DNA of 64,000 nucleotides from a virus. Of the stretch, positions 35,714 to 45,451 are shown piece by piece. Position 1 is the first letter of the stretch. Every line of letters begins with the position of its first letter. The notes below the pieces were generated by a model that made no database searches, was not told the origin of the DNA, and saw only the letters and a list, made by a program, of their open reading frames with translations. Position numbers and translations under genes: made by a program. The stretch is from IMG/VR virus record IMGVR_UViG_3300030329_003334, positions 30,022 to 94,021 of that record, one strand, 5' to 3'.

Positions 35714-37410
35714 AATGGTTAGGACAATATATTATAGATTTTATAGCTAGATTTAGGTCTGATGTATATTTAGATTCTCCAACAGCTGGAGGATCTGATC
35801 CAGATAAATTTCTTGGTATAGATTCTAATAATAAAATTATATATAGAACTGGTAGCGAGGTTTTATCTGATATAGGAGCTGGTTCTGGTGATATAACTGG
35901 AGTAGTTGTAACAGCAGACGATACAAATACCGTATCTGATACAGCTGGTAGTGCAGATTTTGGTATAAAAGGTGGAGAAGGAATAGATACCTCTGTTGAT
36001 GGAACTGATATAGTTATAACTGGTGAAACCGCTTCTACCACAAACCCAGGCGTTGTCGAATTAGCAACCACAGCAGAAACAACTACTGGTACAGATACAG
36101 CTAGAGCAGTAACACCAGATGGCTTAAAAGATGGCTATCAAGGAAGTGCTAATGTTACTACGCTAGGAACTATAACATCTGGAGAATGGAATGGAGATGC
36201 TATAGTAAAAACATATATAGATCCAGATCAAAGAAATATAACACAAGTTGGTACGTTGACGAACTTATTACTATCATCTGCAGTTGCGGATAATCCAGCA
36301 ATTACTATTACAAATACTACTGACGATGATCAAGCCGCACAGATAATATTTAATAAACTAAGGGCTGATGATGGGGTTGCTACAGGACAAAATGTAGGTG
36401 AAATAAAATTTGATGGTCAAGATAGCGCACAAAACACGCAGAGGTATGCTATTATTACAGGTGAAATTGACGTATCAACTCACGGTCAAGAATCTGGGCA
36501 ACTAGTACTTGGTGTAGCAAGTCATAATGGTACAGTTCAATCTGGTCTTTCATTAGTTGGAGGTAGTGTTGCAGGTGAAGTAGATGCAACAATTGGAAGA
36601 GGAACCGCCTCAGTGACAACTGTTGCTGGTACATTAACAATGGGTAGTACTGCTACTTTAGATAACAGCGGTTTATTACAAGTAGCAAATCAAAGTAATA
36701 TAACGGGTGTTGGTACTATTTCTTCTGGAACTTGGCAGGGGACAGCTATTGCATCTGCTTATCTAGACGCTGATACAGCGCACCTAAGTGGTGCTCAAAC
36801 TATTGGAGGTGTAAAAACTATAGAGGAAGATGTGAAACTTCAATTTAGAGATGCTAATGCTTATATAAATTCTCCAGAAGCTAATGATATAGAAATTGCA
36901 GCTACAGATATAACTTTAGACGCGGATGGTACTATAAAATTAGAAGGACCAACTAGGTCTACTGGCCAAATACACATGACACATCATAATTTTAGTGATG
37001 ATATAGATACAACTAAACATTATGTAGGTTTAGCAAGAGGTGATTCAGAAAACACAGCTACAACTCAAATACAACTTCCTTTAGTTTTTCCAACAGCAGC
37101 AAAGTTATTAAAAATATATTTAAGATCTAATCAAAATTTAAGCGCAAAAGAAATTACATTTACACTGGAAACACAGGCTGCTGGGGTAACGTTTGGAACT
37201 GGACCAACTATTGTTGGCACCAAAGCGCTTTCTGGTCCTACAAATAGTAGTATAGTTACTTATGATATGGCCGCGGGCCACATTGATAGTGGTGATAATA
37301 TTGTAGACGCGGGTGATGCTGCTTACTTAGGTATACAATCAAGTGCTAGTACAAGTACAACTAAGTTTTATATAACTTGTGTTTGGGAAGTTGATTTTAG
37401 TTCAATATAA
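35710..37410 (+). CDS. Tail/head fibre protein
   Basis: ASTTNPGVVELATTAETTTGTDTARAVTP fibre repeat; repeated N(I/V)TxxGTIxSGxWxG; rich in G/T/A/D. Confidence 0.75.
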   Translation: MKWLGQYIIDFIARFRSDVYLDSPTAGGSDPDKFLGIDSNNKIIYRTGSEVLSDIGAGSGDITGVVVTADDTNTVSDTAGSADFGIKGGEGIDTSVDGTDIVITGETASTTNPGVVELATTAETTTGTDTARAVTPDGLKDGYQGSANVTTLGTITSGEWNGDAIVKTYIDPDQRNITQVGTLTNLLLSSAVADNPAITITNTTDDDQAAQIIFNKLRADDGVATGQNVGEIKFDGQDSAQNTQRYAIITGEIDVSTHGQESGQLVLGVASHNGTVQSGLSLVGGSVAGEVDATIGRGTASVTTVAGTLTMGSTATLDNSGLLQVANQSNITGVGTISSGTWQGTAIASAYLDADTAHLSGAQTIGGVKTIEEDVKLQFRDANAYINSPEANDIEIAATDITLDADGTIKLEGPTRSTGQIHMTHHNFSDDIDTTKHYVGLARGDSENTATTQIQLPLVFPTAAKLLKIYLRSNQNLSAKEITFTLETQAAGVTFGTGPTIVGTKALSGPTNSSIVTYDMAAGHIDSGDNIVDAGDAAYLGIQSSASTSTTKFYITCVWEVDFSSI

Positions 37411-37420
37411 AATAAATAAA

Positions 37421-37897
37421 ATGAAATTAAAAGTATTAAGATTTAGCAGTCAAGAGGATTCTACAAATGGATTATTGTTTAGAGAAACTGATTCAGGATT
37501 AGAATTTTTATGTTATACTCTAGAAGACGAAGCTAGAGATAAAAAAATAAGAAGTGAAACAAGAGTACCTTCTGGTACGTATGAAATTAAATTACGTAAA
37601 GAAGGAGGTTTTCATTCAAGATATAAGAAAAAATATGGTACTTGGCATAAAGGAATGTTACATATTACTAATGTACCAAATTTTGAATATATTCTGATAC
37701 ATACTGGAAATACAGATGAGCATACTGCTGGATGTTTGCTTGTGGGTGATTCACAAGAAAATAATATCATTATTAAAGATGGTTTTATTGGAAAGTCGAA
37801 TAATGCATATAAAAGAATATATCCAGAAATTGTAGAAGCAATTGAAAAAAATAATAAAGTATTAATTACATATATAGATTATGATGGCAATAAATGA
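37421..37897 (+). CDS. DUF5675-family putative endolysin/peptidase
   Basis: MKLKVLR...STNG.L...CYTLED...VPSGTY...VPNFEYILIHTGNT...TAGCLLVG; start revised to ATG at 37421. Confidence 0.8.
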   Translation: MKLKVLRFSSQEDSTNGLLFRETDSGLEFLCYTLEDEARDKKIRSETRVPSGTYEIKLRKEGGFHSRYKKKYGTWHKGMLHITNVPNFEYILIHTGNTDEHTAGCLLVGDSQENNIIIKDGFIGKSNNAYKRIYPEIVEAIEKNNKVLITYIDYDGNK

Positions 37898-38138
37898 TTA
37901 TCTTGATTCAGAAATATTAGATATTTCAATGAATAATGCATATAGATTATTAACAAATAAAGCAACCTTTGATCAGTTGTTTCCTTCTGATAATGATGAG
38001 GATGGATTTTGGATGCCTTATAGAAATTTTAAAAATCCTTCTGAAGAAGAGATAGATGATGTTATTGATTATTTCTGTGAGTTAGAAGAATATGAAAAAT
38101 GCGCTGAATTAGTAAAAATTAAAGAAAAGAAAAAATGA
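37881..38138 (+). CDS. Hypothetical protein with UVR-like C-terminus
   Basis: IDYFCELEEYEKCAEL. Confidence 0.6.
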   Translation: MMAINDYLDSEILDISMNNAYRLLTNKATFDQLFPSDNDEDGFWMPYRNFKNPSEEEIDDVIDYFCELEEYEKCAELVKIKEKKK

Positions 38139-40081
38139 GTAGTCATTGGGGTTTTCATTATTGGAGAATACATAGTTGTGTAGGAACACCATCTCCCTAT
38201 ACATGGTGGTTTCCATTTAAACCAAGTAGTACGGGTACAACCCTTATGTCTACAAGTAATAATGCCACATTTTATTCGATGGTAGGTTCTCCAGCTGTGG
38301 GGACATTTCTTCGGTATACTAATCCAGGATATTTAATAACACAACCAGGTCAGACACCAACTAATGATCCAGACACAGTTCTTTGTATGGAATATATGGG
38401 AAGGGCCGATACTACATTACCAAACCAATCAGCCAGTCTACAGGCTTGGATTATAGCTAATCATGGGTCAGGTAATATAGTTATAAAAGATTATGGTAAT
38501 AATTTTTTTACCAATCATGGTGGGCAGACATTTAGTTCAAACTCTTTGTGTTGTGATACTAGTTTTTTTGGCTTAGGAGTAGATGATCCAACTTTAACAG
38601 GGATACCACCAAAACCACCAAAACCGCCAACGGGGCTTCCAGGTCAAGTATATAGTCCTTGTGATCCTAAGCCAGCTATATTAAGTAATCCTGAATTTTG
38701 TATTAATTGTCATTCTGGCGGCTACTATGGAGCAGGCGGAGGTTGGGGCGGATCTGGAGAGCATCCTCATTGTCAGTGTTGTGAAGATACTTTTCCTGAT
38801 GATCCTATTGGTTCTAATCAACCTAGGCTGGGAAAAAGTGCTGATGATCAAAGTTTAAACGTTTATACAGGACTTCCTATAACTAATCAACCTAGGCTAG
38901 GAAGACTTTCTGAAGGTCAAGATATAGATATACATCCTGAAGGAGTTACTGGAGCTGTTTATAGTACCCATATTCAGAGGTTTAATACTGCCCCTGCGAC
39001 CTCTTGTACATCAAAGAGTGGTGTTGTCTCCTTTCACCTTGAGGCTGAAATAAGTATAGTACCTGGTCCATATGCTGGTTCAACACAATGGCCATATACT
39101 ACAGGTTATGCTGGTCCTCATGGTTGGATCACATCTAATAGCCCTGCTACAACCTGGTCTGGAGTAGGTGAACAAGAATGGGATATTTATCTTTTAGATG
39201 CAAATGGTATCTCTCTAACATTAGATCCAATAGTATTAGCAGCTTTTACAACTGGTACTCAGGCCCCTGGTTTTACTTTAGCTATAGCACATAATCCATC
39301 GCCACCAGGTTCTGGATTACCCTCTTATTATACTATTACTAAAACTAATCATACTTTTACAACTCCAGTTAATGGTTCGATCGACTCTCCCTCTTGGTAT
39401 GTATCTCAAGGTACATATCATGCAGGAATACTGGATTATAGAGTTGATGGTGTTTCATCAGACTTAGGTCTTAATAGTGTATGTAATTGTTGTACGACAT
39501 ATACAGCGTCAGGAACACCAGTTATTGGTACAACGCAATTAGATTGTCCCCATAGAAAAAGCGTTACTGTTGGCACTGTACCAGGTGTTCTTTGTCCTCC
39601 TGCATATTTTTGTGATGATTATAATTGCTTTGAAATTTTATATGCTGGAGATCCTGGTTGGATACCATATGGAAGTTATCCAGGCTCTGGAACATCCTCT
39701 TATACACCACCACCAACTATTTACAATCCAGCAACTCAAATTCTAGATTGGCAGGCTTTTAATACGGCTACTACTCATCCGAGAGGTCAGGCAGCTTTTG
39801 CACCAGGACAACCATGGCATGGATCTACAAATGTAAGTCAATTATGGGCAGCGCAAGGTATTATAAATAGTTATACGCCTTTTAAAGGTACTTTAGATGA
39901 TTGTATAAATTGTTGTGGTGGAATGAATCAACCAGCATATTTAAATGGAGGTTCTAATCCATTTTATGCTTGGGTGCAAGCTAATGGTTGGCAGTTTGGA
40001 CAAGGGCAACCATTATATGGACAATTTATGCCACATATGTATAGCAATTTTGGTATTACTGGTTGTGGAGTATATCCGTAA
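38135..40081 (+). CDS. Cys/Pro/Gly/Thr-rich putative virion surface protein
   Basis: 648 aa; N-terminal VGSP domain shared with 55244..56524; PPKPPKPP linker; NQPRLG duplicated; no signal peptide. Confidence 0.6.
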   Translation: MSSHWGFHYWRIHSCVGTPSPYTWWFPFKPSSTGTTLMSTSNNATFYSMVGSPAVGTFLRYTNPGYLITQPGQTPTNDPDTVLCMEYMGRADTTLPNQSASLQAWIIANHGSGNIVIKDYGNNFFTNHGGQTFSSNSLCCDTSFFGLGVDDPTLTGIPPKPPKPPTGLPGQVYSPCDPKPAILSNPEFCINCHSGGYYGAGGGWGGSGEHPHCQCCEDTFPDDPIGSNQPRLGKSADDQSLNVYTGLPITNQPRLGRLSEGQDIDIHPEGVTGAVYSTHIQRFNTAPATSCTSKSGVVSFHLEAEISIVPGPYAGSTQWPYTTGYAGPHGWITSNSPATTWSGVGEQEWDIYLLDANGISLTLDPIVLAAFTTGTQAPGFTLAIAHNPSPPGSGLPSYYTITKTNHTFTTPVNGSIDSPSWYVSQGTYHAGILDYRVDGVSSDLGLNSVCNCCTTYTASGTPVIGTTQLDCPHRKSVTVGTVPGVLCPPAYFCDDYNCFEILYAGDPGWIPYGSYPGSGTSSYTPPPTIYNPATQILDWQAFNTATTHPRGQAAFAPGQPWHGSTNVSQLWAAQGIINSYTPFKGTLDDCINCCGGMNQPAYLNGGSNPFYAWVQANGWQFGQGQPLYGQFMPHMYSNFGITGCGVYP

Positions 40082-40098
40082 ATATAAATTAAAATAAA

Positions 40099-40395
40099 AT
40101 GAAAATAAAAAATATAGATGGTATACCTTTGTATAGCACACAACGAGAGGCTAGAGACCATTTTGCGCAATATGGAATAACAGACTATCATGTTCATTAT
40201 TATATAAATAATAGAGGTAGATCAGCTAATGGTTATATGCCTGGAAAATCTCATGAAGATATATTAAAACAAATACAACGTCTAAGTTTGAAATATCCAG
40301 AAATTATTACAAATACAGAAATTATTACAAACAATATATCTAGATCCTCTACTAGCGGAAGTGGAAGCGGAAGCAGTAGTGGAGGTGGATATTAA
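40099..40395 (+). CDS. Hypothetical protein
   Basis: IDGIPLYST..EA......YHVH...YMPGKSH; Ser/Gly tail. Confidence 0.6.
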   Translation: MKIKNIDGIPLYSTQREARDHFAQYGITDYHVHYYINNRGRSANGYMPGKSHEDILKQIQRLSLKYPEIITNTEIITNNISRSSTSGSGSGSSSGGGY

Positions 40396-40409
40396 ATAAA
40401 AATAAAATT

Positions 40410-40802
40410 ATGAGTATAATAAGTAAAATATTTTCAGCAGGAGCTGGAGAATTAGTTAAAAATGTAGGAGGTGTTATAGACAATCTTACTACTAGTAAAG
40501 AAGAAAAAATGGAAGCTGAACGCAAAATCAAAGATATGATTATGGGTTATGAAGCTGAAATGCAAAAACAAGTAACAGAGCGATGGTCGATGGATATGAA
40601 GTCTGATTCATGGCTTAGTAAAAATATAAGACCACTAGTTTTAATATTTCTAGTAGTATCTACAGTATTGTTAGTTTTTATTGACGCTGGAGTTATTTCT
40701 TTTGAAGTTAAAGCTTCATGGGTGGATTTATTACAATTAGTTCTTATAACAGTTATTGGTGCATATTTTGGAGGACGTTCACTTGAAAAAGTAAAAAAAT
40801 AA
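40410..40802 (+). CDS. Holin (3TM/GTA-holin-like)
   Basis: DNLTTSKEEK...RW..DM.SDSWLSKNIRP; two TM segments; AYFGGRSLEK. Confidence 0.8.
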   Translation: MSIISKIFSAGAGELVKNVGGVIDNLTTSKEEKMEAERKIKDMIMGYEAEMQKQVTERWSMDMKSDSWLSKNIRPLVLIFLVVSTVLLVFIDAGVISFEVKASWVDLLQLVLITVIGAYFGGRSLEKVKK

Positions 40803-40933
40803 TGGCTGTAAAACTATTTGTAAAGAAAAATATTATTACTAAAAAAAGACCTGGAATTCACGCAAAAAGTAAAATGTCTAAGTCAAAGAATTCTAAGAAT
40901 TATGTCAAAAAATATAAAGGACAAGGTAGATAA
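40802..40933 (+). CDS. Highly basic 43-aa peptide (not in ORF track)
   Basis: MAVKLFVKKNIITKKRPGIHAKSKMSKSKNSKNYVKKYKGQGR*; TAATG coupling to the holin; overlaps the TerL start. Confidence 0.65.
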   Translation: MAVKLFVKKNIITKKRPGIHAKSKMSKSKNSKNYVKKYKGQGR

Positions 40934-42974
40934 TACTATTGCTATACCTTGGTCAGAAATAGATAAAAATAAAAATAATCCTGTTCGTCATACTGATCAG
41001 GAGTATTTGCATTTTATAGATACTGTACGTTTTAGCGAAACTAGTCAATATTATTTGAAGCATGGAGTTTATACCCATGCACCTGAAGGTACATCTGAAC
41101 ATAAAGAATTTTGGGATGAAGAAGAACGTAGATGTAAAGAAGGATATACTATAGAAGGTATTCGAATTACTGGTGAACATTATGCATATTTGAATTATGG
41201 TAGAATTTTAGCTACTGTCGAACAAGATGGAAGAACTAGAAAGGTAGATACTTTTCCTAAGTTTCTAGATATGGATTATTATTGGTATCATGAATTAGAA
41301 ACAGCTGAAAAAAATGGTGAAGGAATGATAGTAGTGAAAGCTAGACGTAAAGGTTTTTCCTATAAGAATGCTTTTGGGATGGCTTGGAAATATCATTTCT
41401 TTCCTTTTTCTATTTCTATTCTTGCTGCTTTTGAAAAGACATTCTGGGCTAATACTATGGAAATGGCTAAGAATATGATTAACTTTATCAATGAGAATAC
41501 TGATTGGGTTAAAGGTACTTTAGTAGATAGGCAAGATCATATTAAAGCAGGATATATAGAAAAAGATCCTATTTCTGGAGTTAATATTCAAAAAGGATAT
41601 AAGTCTGAGATTTTAGCATTATCATTTAAAGATGCTCCTCAAAAATCTGTAGGTCGTACAGCTGAACGAATGTTATTTGAAGAAGCTGGGGATTGGCCTG
41701 GACTTATGCAAGCATATCAACGTTCATACCCTTTGTTTAAAGATGGTAATATTATGATTGGTATTCCTATCATTTATGGTACAGGAGGTAATAATAAAAA
41801 TGGAACAAATGCAGATTTTGAATCTATGTTTTATAATCCTTCAGCATATGGTCTTAGATCTTATGATAATATATATGATGATAACGCTGTTGGTGAAGCA
41901 GGTTGGTTTGTTGATGACGCTTGGTATAGAGAGCCTTTTATAACTGAAGCTGGAGAACATGAAAGAGAAAAAGCTGCTGAAGATATAGATTTAGAAAGAG
42001 AAGAAAAAAAGAAAGCCGATCCTATTGCTTACAACATGATGGTAACGCAGCATCCTCATACTCCTAAAGAAGCTTTTTTAAGGAATGAAGGAGCAGTATT
42101 TCCAGCTGTAGAATTATATAATGTTTTAGCTAAATTAAAATCTGATGATCGGTATAAAAAGTTAGGAACTCCTGGAACACTTTATTTAGAAGAAGGAGAA
42201 ATTAGATTTAAACCTGATCTAAGAAAAGAATTATTTCCTTTAGAAAAATTTCCTCATAAACCAAATGATAATGTAGAAGGATGTGTTATGGTATATCAAC
42301 ATCCTCCAGAAACTATACCTTATGGATTGTATAAGATTGGACTCGATCCTGTAGCTTTTGATAAATCAGGAAGTAGATCATTAAATGCTGCTTATGTATA
42401 TAAATCTATGCAAAGTTTTGAACATGGTTATGATGAGATTGTAGCTGAGTATGTAGGAAGACCAGATAATATTGAGATTTATAATAGGAATCTTGAGTTA
42501 TTATCTGAGTACTATGGAGGCGCTGAAATTATGTTTGAGAATGATCGAGGAGAAGTTTTATCTTATTTTAAAAGAAAAGGTAAAATGCATTTATTAGCTG
42601 ATCAACCTGATAATGTAATTTCTAAAGTTATTAAAGATTCTACAGTTTCTAGAATAAAAGGTTGTCATATGAACGAACGTATGAAAGACGCTGGAGAAAA
42701 ATTTATACTTAGATGGTTATGGACTGAAAGAGGTACAAATAGTGAAGGTAATAAGATATATAATATGGATTTAATTCCTAGTCCTGGTTTAATTGAGGAG
42801 TTAATTGGGTATTTTAGAGGAGGTAATTTTGATAGAGTTATGGCTCTTATGCAGGTAATGTTTATGGTTGAAGAGTCTTATGAAGAAGAAATCGGACCCG
42901 AAAAACGTAGAAATAAGGCTGCAGATTACCTTGTAAGCAATATTAGTAGCATGTTTAGTAGGAGTAGAAGATAA
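40902..42974 (+). CDS. terL: Terminase large subunit
   Basis: KARRKGFS Walker A; LFEEAG Walker B; YGTGG; IGLDP nuclease; FENDRG; GNFDRVMA. Confidence 0.93.
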   Translation: MSKNIKDKVDNTIAIPWSEIDKNKNNPVRHTDQEYLHFIDTVRFSETSQYYLKHGVYTHAPEGTSEHKEFWDEEERRCKEGYTIEGIRITGEHYAYLNYGRILATVEQDGRTRKVDTFPKFLDMDYYWYHELETAEKNGEGMIVVKARRKGFSYKNAFGMAWKYHFFPFSISILAAFEKTFWANTMEMAKNMINFINENTDWVKGTLVDRQDHIKAGYIEKDPISGVNIQKGYKSEILALSFKDAPQKSVGRTAERMLFEEAGDWPGLMQAYQRSYPLFKDGNIMIGIPIIYGTGGNNKNGTNADFESMFYNPSAYGLRSYDNIYDDNAVGEAGWFVDDAWYREPFITEAGEHEREKAAEDIDLEREEKKKADPIAYNMMVTQHPHTPKEAFLRNEGAVFPAVELYNVLAKLKSDDRYKKLGTPGTLYLEEGEIRFKPDLRKELFPLEKFPHKPNDNVEGCVMVYQHPPETIPYGLYKIGLDPVAFDKSGSRSLNAAYVYKSMQSFEHGYDEIVAEYVGRPDNIEIYNRNLELLSEYYGGAEIMFENDRGEVLSYFKRKGKMHLLADQPDNVISKVIKDSTVSRIKGCHMNERMKDAGEKFILRWLWTERGTNSEGNKIYNMDLIPSPGLIEELIGYFRGGNFDRVMALMQVMFMVEESYEEEIGPEKRRNKAADYLVSNISSMFSRSRR

Positions 42975-42981
42975 TTTTTAT

Positions 42982-42989
42982 TATATTTG
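42982..42989 (+). promoter_or_regulatory. Possible -7 promoter element upstream of portal
   Basis: TATATTTG about 30 nt before the ATG; no clean -33 box. Confidence 0.4.
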
Positions 42990-43018
42990 TTAATTAGGGA
43001 ATTTTTAAATTAAGTGAT

Positions 43019-45451
43019 ATGGGATATTCGTTTCCACAACAGAAGCTTACTAGAAAGCAAAAATCTAAAAATAATTTTGCGTGGGGTAAGCGTGTATTAG
43101 ATGAGATAGATGGCTATAATTCAAAAGGATTTGATGAAAGATCTAACAATCAAAGAAAAAGAGTTAACTATAAATTATTTAATGGGCAAATAGATTTAGA
43201 TGATTATGAGTATGTATGTAAGCCATATGGTATGCAAGTAAATGGTGAATTACCTGCTGAATTAAGACATTATGATATTACTACACCTAAGTTACGAGTT
43301 TTATTTGGAGAAGAAATTAAACGTCCTTTTAATTTTAAAGTAGTTTCAATTAATCAAGAAGCTGTTACTGAAAGAGAGCGTGCTCAATATAAAATGATTG
43401 CTGAATATGTTAAAGAGCAAATCATGACTAGAGTAAATGCAATGCTAGCGGAAGAAGCTGAAAAGATGCAAGCAGGTGTTCCACCTGAATCTGCGACTCC
43501 TGAGATGCAACAACAAATGCAGCAACAATTAGACGGTATGAAAGCTTCTATGACACCCCCAGAAATTGAAGAATACATGAAGAGAGATTATGCGGGATCT
43601 AGAGAAATACAAGGACAGCAAATACTTAATTATTTACTTAAAAAAGAAAATGTAAAAGAAAAATTTATTAAAGGGTGGAAACATGCTTTAATCTCTGGCG
43701 AAGAGATTTATTGGACTGGTATTGTTAATGGAGAACCTATTGTAAGAACTGTTAATCCTTTATACTTTGATTATGATATGGATCCTGATTTAGACTATAT
43801 ACAAGATGGTCAATGGGCTAAATACATAATGAGAATGACTCCAGGATCTGTAATTGATAATTTTGGAGAATTTTTAACAGAAAGACAACTTAAAGACCTG
43901 TATGATGAGACAGGTATTACAGGGTCTGATCATGTAATAAATGAAACATTTGGTGAGTTTTCATATGATTATGGTAATGATTTCGATCCTGATAATTTTG
44001 GTGATTTTAGTCATGGTACTGGAGGATCTGGAGCTTATATTAAAGTAGTACATTGTGAATGGAGATCTTTAAGAAAAATTGGATTTCTAACTTATATGGA
44101 TGAGAAAGGAGTTCCTCAAGAAACTATAGTAGATGATACTTATGTATTAGATGAGCCTAAAGGAGATATAGCTTTAAGATGGGAATGGATTCCAGAAATA
44201 TGGGAAGGAACTAAAATAGAAGATGATATATATGTTAATATACGTCCTAAACCAAATCAATTTAAAGATCTAGATAATTTATATGAATGTAAATTAGGAT
44301 ATACTGGAGTAGCGTATAATAATTTAAATGCTGAATCTGTATCTGTAATTGATAGAATTAAACCTTATCAGTATTTATATAATATTATTATGTATAGATT
44401 AGAATTAGATCTAGCTTCTGATAAAGGTAAAAAGTTTTTAGCTGATATAAATCAAATTCCTAGTGATTTAGGAATGGATATGGAAAAGTGGTTATATTAC
44501 TTTGATGCTATGGGAATAGCCTGGGTTAATCCTCATGAAGAAGGTAATAGAGGGAAACCTCATTCATTTAATCAATGGCAAGCAGTCGATCTATCTATGG
44601 CTCAAACTATCAATCAAAAAATACAATTATTAGAATATTTAGAAATACAAAGTGGAGAAATTGCAGGTGTTACTAAACAACGAGAGGGGCAAATTGGTCC
44701 TAGAGAAGGATTAGGAACATCTCAACAAGCTATTGTACAATCATCTCATATTACAGAAGATTTATTTAATACTCATAGTGAAGTTAAAAAACAAGTATTA
44801 ACATCTTTAATAGAAACAGCAAAAGTAGCATGGGGAGATGGTAAGTCTAAGAAAATGCAATATGTTCTTGATGATATGAGTGTTGCTATGTTTACAATAG
44901 AACCAGAGATATTTAATAACTCTTCTTATAACGTCTTCGTATCTGATTCTGCTAAAGACCAAGAAACATTCATGGTCCTTAAACAGCTAGCACAAGCTGC
45001 ACTTCAAAATCAAAGAGCAGAACTTTCTGATGTTATTAAAATGTTCTCTACTGATTCAACGGCTGAATTGAAAGCTATTTTAGAAAAAGCTGAAGACAAA
45101 CGTAGAGCCGAAGAACAGCAAGCTAGACAAGAGCAAGCTCAATCTCAAGAACGTATAGCACAAGGACAGCAAGAACAAAAAGATAAAGAAATGATGCTAG
45201 ATAAATATAAAGTAGATGAAGATAATGCTACTAAATTAGAAATAGCTAGGATGAAAGAAGATGGTACTGCTAAAGCATTAGATATGAATAGAAATAAAAT
45301 ACCTGATGTTCTTGAAGTTGCTAAGTTTAAGAAAGAAAGTGAAAATGCTAAAGAAAAGATTAAACTTGAAGAAAAGAAACTTGATTTAAAATCTCGTGAA
45401 CTAGATATTAAAGCTAGAGAATCTAGAAAAAAAGCTAAAGAAAGAAAATAG
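43019..45451 (+). CDS. Portal protein
   Basis: FPQQKL N-terminus; GEEIKRPF; KPYQYLYNI; GVTKQREGQI; C-terminal coiled coil; follows terL. Confidence 0.9.
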   Translation: MGYSFPQQKLTRKQKSKNNFAWGKRVLDEIDGYNSKGFDERSNNQRKRVNYKLFNGQIDLDDYEYVCKPYGMQVNGELPAELRHYDITTPKLRVLFGEEIKRPFNFKVVSINQEAVTERERAQYKMIAEYVKEQIMTRVNAMLAEEAEKMQAGVPPESATPEMQQQMQQQLDGMKASMTPPEIEEYMKRDYAGSREIQGQQILNYLLKKENVKEKFIKGWKHALISGEEIYWTGIVNGEPIVRTVNPLYFDYDMDPDLDYIQDGQWAKYIMRMTPGSVIDNFGEFLTERQLKDLYDETGITGSDHVINETFGEFSYDYGNDFDPDNFGDFSHGTGGSGAYIKVVHCEWRSLRKIGFLTYMDEKGVPQETIVDDTYVLDEPKGDIALRWEWIPEIWEGTKIEDDIYVNIRPKPNQFKDLDNLYECKLGYTGVAYNNLNAESVSVIDRIKPYQYLYNIIMYRLELDLASDKGKKFLADINQIPSDLGMDMEKWLYYFDAMGIAWVNPHEEGNRGKPHSFNQWQAVDLSMAQTINQKIQLLEYLEIQSGEIAGVTKQREGQIGPREGLGTSQQAIVQSSHITEDLFNTHSEVKKQVLTSLIETAKVAWGDGKSKKMQYVLDDMSVAMFTIEPEIFNNSSYNVFVSDSAKDQETFMVLKQLAQAALQNQRAELSDVIKMFSTDSTAELKAILEKAEDKRRAEEQQARQEQAQSQERIAQGQQEQKDKEMMLDKYKVDEDNATKLEIARMKEDGTAKALDMNRNKIPDVLEVAKFKKESENAKEKIKLEEKKLDLKSRELDIKARESRKKAKERK

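Noticed and set aside
40299-40335. Short 18-bp-period direct repeat (EIITNT/EIITNN)
   Set aside because: A simple in-frame duplication in a low-complexity tail.
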